Assembly (NCBI GenBank): GCA_964573245.1
Contig: CAZNJA010000004.1
Location: 1-43,725, forward strand
Source: an uncultured bacterium
GTDB lineage: Bacteria > CAIJMQ01
Length of the DNA: 43,725 bases
Direction of reading: 5' to 3'
Shown here: positions 18,269 to 26,140 of the stretch, piece after piece
How positions within the stretch are numbered: position 1 is the first letter of the stretch
How the letters are laid out: every line of letters begins with the position of its first letter
The notes under the pieces: model-generated
The model's database searches: none
Told to the model about the DNA's origin: nothing
Seen by the model: the letters and a program-made list of their open reading frames with translations, nothing else
Translations under genes and position numbers: made by a program

Positions 18269-18646
18269 ATGCCCAGAGTAAAAAGAGGAACTATAAAAAA
18301 GAAAAAAAGAAGAAGAGTATTAGGCCAGGCAAAGGGATATGTTGCCGGAAGAAGTAAGCTTTATACCACAGCAAAAGACGCTGTTCGTAAGGGGCTTGTC
18401 TATGCTTATAGAGACCGAAGAACAAGAAAGAGAAATTTCCGCAGTTTATGGATACAGAGAATAAATGCCGCCTGCCGAAGTCAGGACATGACCTATTCAC
18501 AGTTAATTGATGGCTTAGCCAAAGCTAAAATTGAGATAAACAGGAAAATGTTAGCAGATATGACAGTCAACGACCCCGCTTCATTTTCCGCATTGGTTGA
18601 AGTTGCTAAGAAACATATTGAAGTAAAACCTGTTAAGGCGAGTTAA
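18269..18646 (+). CDS. rplT: 50S ribosomal protein L20
   Basis: MPRVKRG, AKGY.., YAYRDRR.RKRNFRSLWIQRINAA, INRKMLAD. Confidence 0.98.
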   Translation: MPRVKRGTIKKKKRRRVLGQAKGYVAGRSKLYTTAKDAVRKGLVYAYRDRRTRKRNFRSLWIQRINAACRSQDMTYSQLIDGLAKAKIEINRKMLADMTVNDPASFSALVEVAKKHIEVKPVKAS

Positions 18647-18862
18647 GAGGTTAGGAAGTCAAAATATAAAAGCAAAACTGCAAGTTAAAAATCACTTTTA
18701 TTGTTTCTTTTTTAAAACTTCTCTGATTTCTTTAAGTCCATTTTAAAATTATCCATGTTTTTAAAAAATCCTTCTGCCATATTTCTATATATAGCATATA
18801 GCTTATTGTTTCTTTTTGCTTTCAGATGCTATACTTTGAACAATTGAATAAAAGGAGAATTT

Positions 18863-21800
18863 ATGAAAAAACTAAACTTGTTATTTATTTTCGCTATTTT
18901 ATTGCTATCCGTTTCTGCAAGCTACTGCGCCGGAACAAAAAATCTTCTTACCAATCCCGATTTTGAATCGGATGATTTGTCGGTATGGGCTGCAAGAGGC
19001 GGAGAAATTTCCAGAAGCGACACGCCGGTTTTTAATGGTACCTACAGCCTGAAAATCACCGAAAGAACTAAAAACGATGACGGTGTATTTCAGGATATTA
19101 CCGCTCAAGTTGCCCCCGGATATGTTTATACGGTATCCGGACAAACGAGGACCGGAGAAGAAACCGGCTGGGATAAATTGGCGGTTTATCTTGTATTAAA
19201 CAAAAACGCTGAAGATAAACAAATCTTTCTCGGCAGTTCCGACGAGAATAATACTTCCTGGTCGCATTTTTCTTATAAATTTACGGTGCCGGAAGAAAAC
19301 GAAATCTCTGCATTTGGCCTCTTGTTCCGCCCTTCTTTTTCAACCACTGATTTTTATCTGGATGATTTGTTACTTGAGCCGAGTATTCAGATTAAAACAT
19401 CATCGGCAGAAAAAACAAGCAGGTTAAGCGTGAATATCGGGCCTCTTACCGACAACCAAAAAGGACTAAAAGCCGAAGTTAAGGTCCAGGATGTCCTTGA
19501 TAACAACGTATTTACATTGTCGCTTAACCTTGCCAAAGACACTCTAATAAATCTTGAAAATGGTTTCTATCGCGCCAGCGCTGATGTGACGGATGCGCAC
19601 GAAAAGACCGTGTCGGTCGAGAAGACTTTTTGCGCGGGTGATTTGGATGAAAATATTGCTTCTCTCATCAAGGCAAATCAAGAGATGACTGCTTCTGATG
19701 CAAAAGCCGCTTATCACGGATGGTTAAGATATCTTCAATATCTTCTTGAGGATGCAAAAGAAAGGTTTTTTGAAAATACGGAGGGTACAACGGATGCGGC
19801 TTACCGTCTGGATAAATGGATGACAAAAATAAAAGAAGACCCTGATTTAATAAGTAAACTTAACGCGGTTATTGAGTGGGCGTATCTTTCAAAAGTCGAT
19901 GATTCCGGCCAACCGTTTAAGTTGGCTATTCCAACGGATTATACTCCCGATAAATCTTTTGCTTTAGAGGTAAATTTGCATGGCCATGGTGGAAATCATT
20001 TGGAATATTCGGGTGGTGTTCAAAGCAGACCCGGAACATTTCATCTTGAAGTGTTAGGACGAGCCAGAGGAGGAGGTTTTTTCGACCTCTCCGAAGTGGA
20101 TGTTTTGGATGCTGTTGAATATATAAAAAAATACTGGAATATTGACCCGCAAAGAATTCATCTTGTAGGCACAAGTATGGGCGGTTGGGGCACATATTAT
20201 CTTTGTGCGCGCCATCCTCATATTTTTGCTTCTGCTCGCCCCCAGTGCGGAGCGGGAACGGTGCTTCCGATTAAAAATCTTTTAAACGTGCCCGTATATG
20301 CGACCCACAGCATAGATGACGATACAGTTCCTATATTGCAGGACCGTATTCCTGTTCAAAACCTCATCCGATTCGGCGGAAAAGCAGTCATGGACGAGAC
20401 GTCCGGATTAGGGCACGCGGCATGGAATTATCATGAAGGAAATGCTCGCGCTTATGAATTTGCGTTCAGTCAAATTCTACCTAATATGAGAGATGTCCGA
20501 CGTATTCACTATACTGCAATAGACGGGCTTGCACGACGGGCATATTGGCTTGAAGTAGTCGAATGGGGACATAAGCCGCGCCCTGCCGTAATGGACGCAA
20601 GAGTTGATGAAGCGAATATGCTCTATCTTAATCTCGAAAATATAAATACTTTAAAAGTTGATGTGAGCCGGTCCCCTATAAATGCGAAAGAGAATCTGAA
20701 AGTAGTAGTTAACGCCCATGCCCCGATAACTTATAATGCGCCTTTATCCGAAACGCTTTATGCCAGGTTGCAGGACAACGATTGGGTCATTTCGGATGAT
20801 TTGGGTGAGATCAAACCGTATCGTTTACATTATCCGGGTGGTGTTCATTTGCTTTATCAAGGAGAGCCGTTACTAATTGTTTGGGGCACGCAGTCAGACA
20901 CTGATACTAACAAACGGATATATGATGCGGCTCAGGCAGCAAGAAAAAATCCCAATCCCAACTGGCATGATAGCGATGCGCAGGAGCCCGGAGAAGGCGA
21001 AGGCATTGACGGTATCCCTCATAACAGGATGCTTTACAGTACCTTGCTCGGAAAACCGGATTATGAAATTACTGAAGAGGATATGAAAAAATACAACCTT
21101 GTGCTCATTGGAACTGCGGAACAGAATAGTATCGTTGCGGAAATTGCAGATAAATTGCCTGTGCAGTTGAAGCAAAACAGCATTAAATGTTCCGACGGTA
21201 TTGATTGGGGGATTAGAAATGCAGCTATCGGATTGTCTTTCTATAATCCCAAAGCGCCCAAGCGGCTTATTTTCTGGGTTGCCTGCAATAATCCGGAATT
21301 CTACCAGCCTGAATCAAAAGTCCTGCAAAGGATGGTTTTATCGGATGTTGTCCCGGACATGGTTGTAGCGAGTTTAAAAAACGAAGAAGTTGTTGCTTCA
21401 AGATTTTTTGACAGCCACTGGCAGTGGGAACCCGGTTATGAAAAATCCCGATTTTGTTCGCCTCATATAAGGACAAATAAACAAATGGCAAAAGAAATGG
21501 CAAAGGTTCTCCGAAGAGCTACCGGTAGCGATGTCTCTTTGGTATATATACCGGAAAATCCTGATGATTTGCTGCCCTCTGCGGGTCTGAAGCGAATAGC
21601 CGATTTGACGGCAGATAATTATTATTTGCCTGTTGCCGAAATGACTTTGACAGGTAAAGAATTGCTTGCTTATCAAGAGTGGCTTAAGCAAAATCCTCCC
21701 GAATACGGCGGATGGATTGAATTTTACCCTAAAATAATAAAATTGGCATTTAGAGAAAACGAGCTTTACAAGGTGTCTCTTTATCCGTATGTTCTTTGGG

Positions 21801-21919
21801 ATATGGCTGACATCACAATCCAGTATCCTCCTCACGAATACAAGATTACGGATATGCAGGCAATAGATGTTATAGAACAGTATTTCCCAACATCCTTGCC
21901 GACGCATAGAAGAGATTAG
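18863..21919 (+). CDS. Secreted multidomain protein: CBM4/9-like domain plus alpha/beta-hydrolase (esterase/S9-like) plus uncharacterised C-terminal domains
   Basis: Signal peptide; NLLTNPDFE...W...G.YSLKI..R..DFYLDD CBM-like module; LHGHGG, GTSMGG, HSIDDDTV and GLGH give a candidate Ser-Asp-His triad; AAGGAG SD and TGcTATACT (18827-35) upstream. Confidence 0.8.
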   Translation: MKKLNLLFIFAILLLSVSASYCAGTKNLLTNPDFESDDLSVWAARGGEISRSDTPVFNGTYSLKITERTKNDDGVFQDITAQVAPGYVYTVSGQTRTGEETGWDKLAVYLVLNKNAEDKQIFLGSSDENNTSWSHFSYKFTVPEENEISAFGLLFRPSFSTTDFYLDDLLLEPSIQIKTSSAEKTSRLSVNIGPLTDNQKGLKAEVKVQDVLDNNVFTLSLNLAKDTLINLENGFYRASADVTDAHEKTVSVEKTFCAGDLDENIASLIKANQEMTASDAKAAYHGWLRYLQYLLEDAKERFFENTEGTTDAAYRLDKWMTKIKEDPDLISKLNAVIEWAYLSKVDDSGQPFKLAIPTDYTPDKSFALEVNLHGHGGNHLEYSGGVQSRPGTFHLEVLGRARGGGFFDLSEVDVLDAVEYIKKYWNIDPQRIHLVGTSMGGWGTYYLCARHPHIFASARPQCGAGTVLPIKNLLNVPVYATHSIDDDTVPILQDRIPVQNLIRFGGKAVMDETSGLGHAAWNYHEGNARAYEFAFSQILPNMRDVRRIHYTAIDGLARRAYWLEVVEWGHKPRPAVMDARVDEANMLYLNLENINTLKVDVSRSPINAKENLKVVVNAHAPITYNAPLSETLYARLQDNDWVISDDLGEIKPYRLHYPGGVHLLYQGEPLLIVWGTQSDTDTNKRIYDAAQAARKNPNPNWHDSDAQEPGEGEGIDGIPHNRMLYSTLLGKPDYEITEEDMKKYNLVLIGTAEQNSIVAEIADKLPVQLKQNSIKCSDGIDWGIRNAAIGLSFYNPKAPKRLIFWVACNNPEFYQPESKVLQRMVLSDVVPDMVVASLKNEEVVASRFFDSHWQWEPGYEKSRFCSPHIRTNKQMAKEMAKVLRRATGSDVSLVYIPENPDDLLPSAGLKRIADLTADNYYLPVAEMTLTGKELLAYQEWLKQNPPEYGGWIEFYPKIIKLAFRENELYKVSLYPYVLWDMADITIQYPPHEYKITDMQAIDVIEQYFPTSLPTHRRD

Positions 21920-21944
21920 AAAATAGGCTTTAGCTTTTCATAAA

Positions 21945-21966
21945 TACCGCTAACAATAAAGCGGTA
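21945..21966 (+). terminator. Possible terminator hairpin after the 1018-aa gene
   Basis: TACCGCT/AGCGGTA 7-bp stem; weak U-tract. Confidence 0.35.
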
Positions 21967-22003
21967 GTCTGTTTGCTTGTCCTAGCATCTAAAATGGTCG
22001 TAA

Positions 22004-22012
22004 TGATATACT
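22004..22012 (+). promoter_or_regulatory. Extended -10 promoter immediately before pheS (leaderless geometry)
   Basis: TGaTATACT followed by 7 nt and then ATG 22020; no SD. Confidence 0.6.
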
Positions 22013-22019
22013 TTCAAAA

Positions 22020-23030
22020 ATGCTAAACGAACTTGAAAAAATTAAGAAAGAATTCTTAGATTCGATTGAAACTATAAAAGACAGTAAAGCTTTAGAAGAG
22101 TTAAGAATTAAATTTTTGGGAAGAAAAAGCGGGCTGACTTCTGTTCTTCGTTCTTTGGGGGCGCTTCTTCAGGAAGAACGCATTTTAGTTGGCCAAAAAG
22201 CAAATGCTCTGCGAAAAGAAATAGAAGAGCGTTTGGAGCAAGTAAAAGGTAATCTTAATCAAAAAAGCGATTCGGAAGCCTCTGTTGACTATACCTTGCC
22301 CGGTTTTCCATTGTCGCTTGGCAAAGAACATCCTATAACCAAGACCATTCAGGAAATAGTAGATATTTTTTCACCGTTAGGATTTCAAGTAGCTACCGGT
22401 CCCGAAATAGAGACCGATTATTATAATTTTGAAGCGCTTAATTTTCCAAAAGACCATCCTGCAAGAGACGAACAGGATTCTTTTCAGATTGACGGCGGAA
22501 AATATTTACTTAGAACCCAGACTTCGCCTGTGCAGATAAGAGTAATGGAAAAGACAAAACCTCCGGTTAGGATAATTTCTCCGGGTGTATGCTATAGAAG
22601 AGATAACCCCGACGCTTCACATTCGCCTATGTTTTATCAGGTGGAAGGTTTAGCTGTTGATACGGATATCCATTTTACGGATTTGAAAGGTGTTTTGTCG
22701 GAATTCGTCCATCAAATGTTTGGCAAAGATGTAAAGATGCGGTTTGTCCCTTCATTTTTCCCGTTTACTGAACCCTCGGCTGAAGTTTCTATTTCCTGTA
22801 TTATCTGCGGCGGGAAAGGTTGCCCTACTTGCGGCAGAAGTGGCTGGCTGGAAGTTTTGGGCGCGGGCATGGTCCATCCGAACGTATTCAAATACGTGAA
22901 TTACGACCCTAAAAAATATACGGGGTTTGCATTTGGTATGGGTGTTGAGAGAATAGCAATGCTGAAATATGGTGTTGGTGATATACGTCTTTTCTATCAA
23001 AATCATATGCAGTTTCTTAATCAGTTTTAA
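22020..23030 (+). CDS. pheS: Phenylalanine--tRNA ligase alpha subunit
   Basis: HPI, GPEIETDYYNFEALN..HPARD, LLRTQTSPVQIR, FPFTEPSAEV, GFAFGMGVERIAM. Confidence 0.98.
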   Translation: MLNELEKIKKEFLDSIETIKDSKALEELRIKFLGRKSGLTSVLRSLGALLQEERILVGQKANALRKEIEERLEQVKGNLNQKSDSEASVDYTLPGFPLSLGKEHPITKTIQEIVDIFSPLGFQVATGPEIETDYYNFEALNFPKDHPARDEQDSFQIDGGKYLLRTQTSPVQIRVMEKTKPPVRIISPGVCYRRDNPDASHSPMFYQVEGLAVDTDIHFTDLKGVLSEFVHQMFGKDVKMRFVPSFFPFTEPSAEVSISCIICGGKGCPTCGRSGWLEVLGAGMVHPNVFKYVNYDPKKYTGFAFGMGVERIAMLKYGVGDIRLFYQNHMQFLNQF

Positions 23031-23036
23031 ATTTAT

Positions 23037-23064
23037 TTGATAATTAAAACTTTCCTGTTATAAT
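23037..23064 (+). promoter_or_regulatory. sigma70 promoter of the cobalamin-riboswitch transcript
   Basis: TTGATA(23037-42)-16 nt-TATAAT(23059-64) with extended TG. Confidence 0.65.
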
Positions 23065-23086
23065 TGCTTAAAAATTAAATATAGAA

Positions 23087-23247
23087 TTTCTTTCGGAGTG
23101 AGGAACACCGTGAAAATCGGTGGCAGTCCCGCTACTGTAAGAGGTGACGAAAGCTCTTAAAGTAAACCACTCTTCAATATAATGTTGGAGGGGAAGGTTA
23201 GAGCAAGTAGAATGAACCCTCAAGCCAGGATACTTGCCGAAAGGAAA
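23087..23247 (+). ncRNA. Cobalamin riboswitch
   Basis: GGAA-CACCG-TGAAAAT-CGGTG hairpin, CCCGCTACTGTAA, CCACT...GGGAAGG, B12-box AGCCAGGATACTTGCC; P1 TTTCTTTCGG/CCGAAAGGAAA; B12-related genes downstream. Confidence 0.92.
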
Positions 23248-23257
23248 AAATCGCAGA

Positions 23258-23350
23258 CTTCTTCGCGGAAAAGAAGGTGTGTTTTTTGTTGCATAAAACC
23301 TCCTCAAGCGAAGTTTGTCCTTTGCGAAACAAATTATAAACGGGGAGGTT
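23258..23350 (+). promoter_or_regulatory. Riboswitch expression platform: terminator-like hairpin plus anti-SD
   Basis: CTTCTT/AAGAAG stem (23258-23276) followed by GTGTGTTTTTT; AACCTCCTC(23297-23305) is complementary to the SD region GGGGAGGTT(23342-23350). Confidence 0.65.
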
Positions 23351-24340
23351 ATGATGAATCTCAAGGCTTTTAATAATGGTAAATCCTCAATCCCCATTGA
23401 TTTCTTCGAAATCAGAATATGGGGACAAGTCCGCAACCAGAAATCCCCATTGATTTCTTCGAAATCAGAATATGGGGACAAGTCCGCAACCAGAAATGGG
23501 TTTACCCCGTTAGAGATTAAACCAAGAGAGAATTTTACTCCTAAAAGCATTGTAAAAACTGATAAGAAAACAAAGACTTTTGCGATTAGTTACAGAAATG
23601 TCAAAAGACATTTCTTATCTCTAACGGGGTTTACTCTCATTGAGCTTTTAGTTGTTGTGGCTATTATCGGAATAATTTCTGCGATTCTTCTCCCCGCTTT
23701 GCATCAGGCAAAGGAAAAAGCAAGAACAGCCGTATGCAAGAACAATTTAAGACAATTAGTCATGTCTCTTGAACTATATTCTCAATATGAATATGGTTAT
23801 TATCCTCCAACATATTATTATCCTAATTTTATATCAGAGATTGGATGGGATTTTGCAATTGAGTATGATCCAGTTACTTGGGATGTGGCAAGTTGTCAGT
23901 TGGGAATTGTTGGAGAGACCTTACAGGAAGAAAAGATATTCGAATGTCCTTCAAGAATGTCTTTGCCATCAAGCGGCAGGTCCTTTACAGGATATGCTTA
24001 TAATGCCACGTATATCGGGGGAGGGTATTCGGTATGGAATGGACAAACAGATCCCCCTATAAAAACGACACAAGTAAGAAACCCTTCAGGAACGGTTCTT
24101 TTGGCTGATAGCGCTATATGGGCGGGTTCTTCTGGGGCCATTGGGAACAATTATCTTCGCGCTCCAGGTGACCCTAACTATTATTATGGGCCAAATGTTC
24201 ATTTTAGGCACAGCACTTTTGCGAACGCGGCTTTTTGCGACGGACATGTAGAAGCAAGAAGCGAAATGTATAATGTAACTACTCCTGACTCTTCTTTGGG
24301 AGATTTGTCCGAAGATGACAGTTTATACGATTTGCGATAA
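23351..24340 (+). CDS. Prepilin-type N-terminal cleavage/methylation protein with H-X9-DG motif (DUF1559-like), with an abnormally long insertion-expanded leader
   Basis: [31 protein letters not shown]...[34 protein letters not shown] 23351 follows GGGGAGG. Confidence 0.9.
   Translation: MMNLKAFNNGKSSIPIDFFEIRIWGQVRNQKSPLISSKSEYGDKSATRNGFTPLEIKPRENFTPKSIVKTDKKTKTFAISYRNVKRHFLSLTGFTLIELLVVVAIIGIISAILLPALHQAKEKARTAVCKNNLRQLVMSLELYSQYEYGYYPPTYYYPNFISEIGWDFAIEYDPVTWDVASCQLGIVGETLQEEKIFECPSRMSLPSSGRSFTGYAYNATYIGGGYSVWNGQTDPPIKTTQVRNPSGTVLLADSAIWAGSSGAIGNNYLRAPGDPNYYYGPNVHFRHSTFANAAFCDGHVEARSEMYNVTTPDSSLGDLSEDDSLYDLR
23389..23494. repeat. Two identical tandem 53-bp units, each a 39-bp palindromic REP-like element (23391-23429, 23444-23482) plus 14 bp of heptamer repeat
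   Basis: AATCCCCATTGATTTCTTCGAAATCAGAATATGGGGACAAGTCCGCAACCAGA x2; internal stems TCCCCAT/ATGGGGA and TGATTTC/GAAATCA. Confidence 0.9.
23504..23630. mobile_element. 127-bp MITE-like element with perfect 14-bp terminal inverted repeats, inserted in frame at the prepilin cleavage site
   Basis: ACCCCGTTAGAGAT(23504-17) / ATCTCTAACGGGGT(23617-30); flanked by TT on both sides; GGGTTTAC is repeated 129 bp apart (23498, 23627); internal 9-bp hairpin AGAAATGTC/GACATTTCT (23594-23615). Confidence 0.8.
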
Positions 24341-24370
24341 CGTTTGAGATTTGTGTTGTGAATGTGTATG

Positions 24371-24399
24371 TTGTTAAAAAGTATTTAAGATTGTAAAAT
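24371..24399 (+). promoter_or_regulatory. Internal promoter with leaderless geometry before the Hcy methyltransferase gene
   Basis: TTGTTA(24371-76)-17 nt-TAAAAT(24394-99)-7 nt-ATG 24407; no SD. Confidence 0.5.
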
Positions 24400-24406
24400 A
24401 AACTTT

Positions 24407-25303
24407 ATGAGCAAATTTCAAAAACTCTTGAAAGGTAAAAAAGTTCTCGTTGCCGACGGCGCATGGGGAACTGAACTAATAAAAAAAGGGCTTGCAGTCG
24501 GAGACTTTCCCGAAGTTTGGAATTTGGAAAAGCCTTCTATTGTTAAACAAATTGCTCAAGGATATAAAGAAGCGGGAGCAGATATTATTTTGACCAATAC
24601 TTTCGGAGCGAACAGACTTAAATTAAAAAGAACGGGTTTTACCGGGGAAGTAGTGGAAATAAATAGGATAGGAGTCGAGCTCTCAAAAACAGTTGCAGGA
24701 GATTGTTTGGTTTTTGCTTCTATAGGCCCGACTGGTGAATTTTTAAAACCGATAGGGGATTTAGATGAGAAAGATTTTATGGAAGTGTTTACTGAACAAG
24801 TGAAAGGGTTTTTAAAAGGTGGAGTCGACGGTGTAATGATAGAAACGATGAGCGACACAAAAGAAGCTTTATGCGCTCTGGAGGCGGTTAAAAAAAATTC
24901 GTCGTTGCCTGTTGGCGTAACCTTTAGTTTCAATAAAGGGCACAAGGGTTTTGCCACAATGATGGGTCTATCTCCCGAACAGGTTGTCAAAGACATCGCA
25001 GGGAAAAAACCGGACTTAATAGGCGCAAACTGTGGTTCTATTACCATAGAAGATATGATAGACATTGCAAGGACAATGAGAAAATTTACGTCTTTACCGC
25101 TGTGGATAAAACCTAATGCAGGTCTTCCGCTGCTCAAGAATAAAAAAACCATTTATCCGCAAACTCCCGAAGAAATAACTCCTTTTATTTTTAACCTGAT
25201 AGAAGCAGGAGCAAACATTATTGGGGGTTGTTGCGGGACTACGCCCGAACACATAAAAAAAATCAGAGAAAAGGTAGACCAGTATCTAAAGAAAACAAGA
25301 TAA
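24407..25303 (+). CDS. Homocysteine S-methyltransferase domain protein (MetH N-terminal-like)
   Basis: VADGAWGTEL, GADIILTNTFGAN, ASIGPTG, IETMSD, GANCG, KPNAGLP, IIGGCCGTTPEHI (Zn-binding cysteines). Confidence 0.93.
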   Translation: MSKFQKLLKGKKVLVADGAWGTELIKKGLAVGDFPEVWNLEKPSIVKQIAQGYKEAGADIILTNTFGANRLKLKRTGFTGEVVEINRIGVELSKTVAGDCLVFASIGPTGEFLKPIGDLDEKDFMEVFTEQVKGFLKGGVDGVMIETMSDTKEALCALEAVKKNSSLPVGVTFSFNKGHKGFATMMGLSPEQVVKDIAGKKPDLIGANCGSITIEDMIDIARTMRKFTSLPLWIKPNAGLPLLKNKKTIYPQTPEEITPFIFNLIEAGANIIGGCCGTTPEHIKKIREKVDQYLKKTR

Positions 25304-25321
25304 ATCAGGAGGACATAAAAG

Positions 25322-26140
25322 ATGTTTACGGTAATTGCAGAAAGAATTAACATGACCAGAAAAAGGATAAGGGAAGAAGTTTGGAAACGAAACGAAGAAT
25401 TTATCGTTTCGGAAGTGAACAAACAAGAAAAGGCCGGAGCCACTCATATTGACGTCAACGCCGGAGGCGACCCGAAAAAAGAAATCGAAGACATGATCTG
25501 GCTTACCAATGTTGTGTCTAAAGCCACAAATCTGCCTTTGGTTTTTGATTCTGCCAGCGGGAAGGTAATTGAAGAGGGACTCAAAATTTGTAACAGAGAA
25601 GGAACCATAGTCAATTCTATTACTGCCGAAAAACATCAAATTGAAGATATCTTGCCTATGGTCAAAAAATATTCTGCATCCGTAACAGTTCTTACTATGG
25701 ATGACAAAGGCATGCCTTCCGATTATGAAGGAAGAATGGATATTGCCAGAAGAATGATAAAACTTCTGGAATCGGAAGGTATCCCCCAAAACAAGATATA
25801 TATAGACACGCTGGTACGACCTATATCCGCAGAACCCGAGCAGACGCGTTTTGTTTTACAGACCGTAAGGACAATAAAAAAAGAATTCCCTTCTGCTCAT
25901 CTATGTTTCGGGCTTTCCAATATATCGTTTGGCTTGCCTCAAAGAAATAATTTAAATAGAGTTTTCTTTGCAATGTTAATCGAAGCCGGCTGTGACGGAG
26001 TAATTATCGACCCTACAACGCCAGGGATGATGAACACTTTGTTTTCTGCGCGAGCAGTTGCAGGTTTTGATGAATATTGCATGGAATATATTAAAGCATA
26101 TAGAAACGGTAAATTATCACAACCTGATAAGAATGATTAA
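25322..26140 (+). CDS. Pterin-binding methyltransferase (methyl-THF:corrinoid methyltransferase / MetH folate-domain-like)
   Basis: IAERIN..RK, GA..IDVNAG, PLVFDS, IVNSI, IYID.LV.P, GLSNISFGLPQR..LN..F; AGGAGG SD. Confidence 0.88.
   Translation: MFTVIAERINMTRKRIREEVWKRNEEFIVSEVNKQEKAGATHIDVNAGGDPKKEIEDMIWLTNVVSKATNLPLVFDSASGKVIEEGLKICNREGTIVNSITAEKHQIEDILPMVKKYSASVTVLTMDDKGMPSDYEGRMDIARRMIKLLESEGIPQNKIYIDTLVRPISAEPEQTRFVLQTVRTIKKEFPSAHLCFGLSNISFGLPQRNNLNRVFFAMLIEAGCDGVIIDPTTPGMMNTLFSARAVAGFDEYCMEYIKAYRNGKLSQPDKND

Noticed and set aside
18698-18817. 15-bp direct repeat TTATTGTTTCTTTTT (18698 and 18803)
   Set aside because: Low-complexity T-rich sequence; both copies are upstream of the large gene rather than flanking it, so this is not a target-site duplication.
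21920-22019. T-box leader upstream of pheS
   Set aside because: The region is only 100 bp, has no T-box consensus, and a promoter sits directly before the ATG.
23315-23350. ORF-track start of the prepilin gene at 23315
   Set aside because: The SD GGGGAGG and the anti-SD pairing point to ATG 23351.
23389-23494. Palindromic repeat pair as a mini-CRISPR array
   Set aside because: Only two copies, the intervening sequence is 14 bp and identical rather than a unique spacer, and no cas genes are in the window.
23068-23550. 160-aa minus-strand ORF and 63-aa plus-strand ORF (23182-23373)
   Set aside because: They overlap the riboswitch and repeat region and contain no recognisable motifs; better explained as non-coding RNA and repeats.
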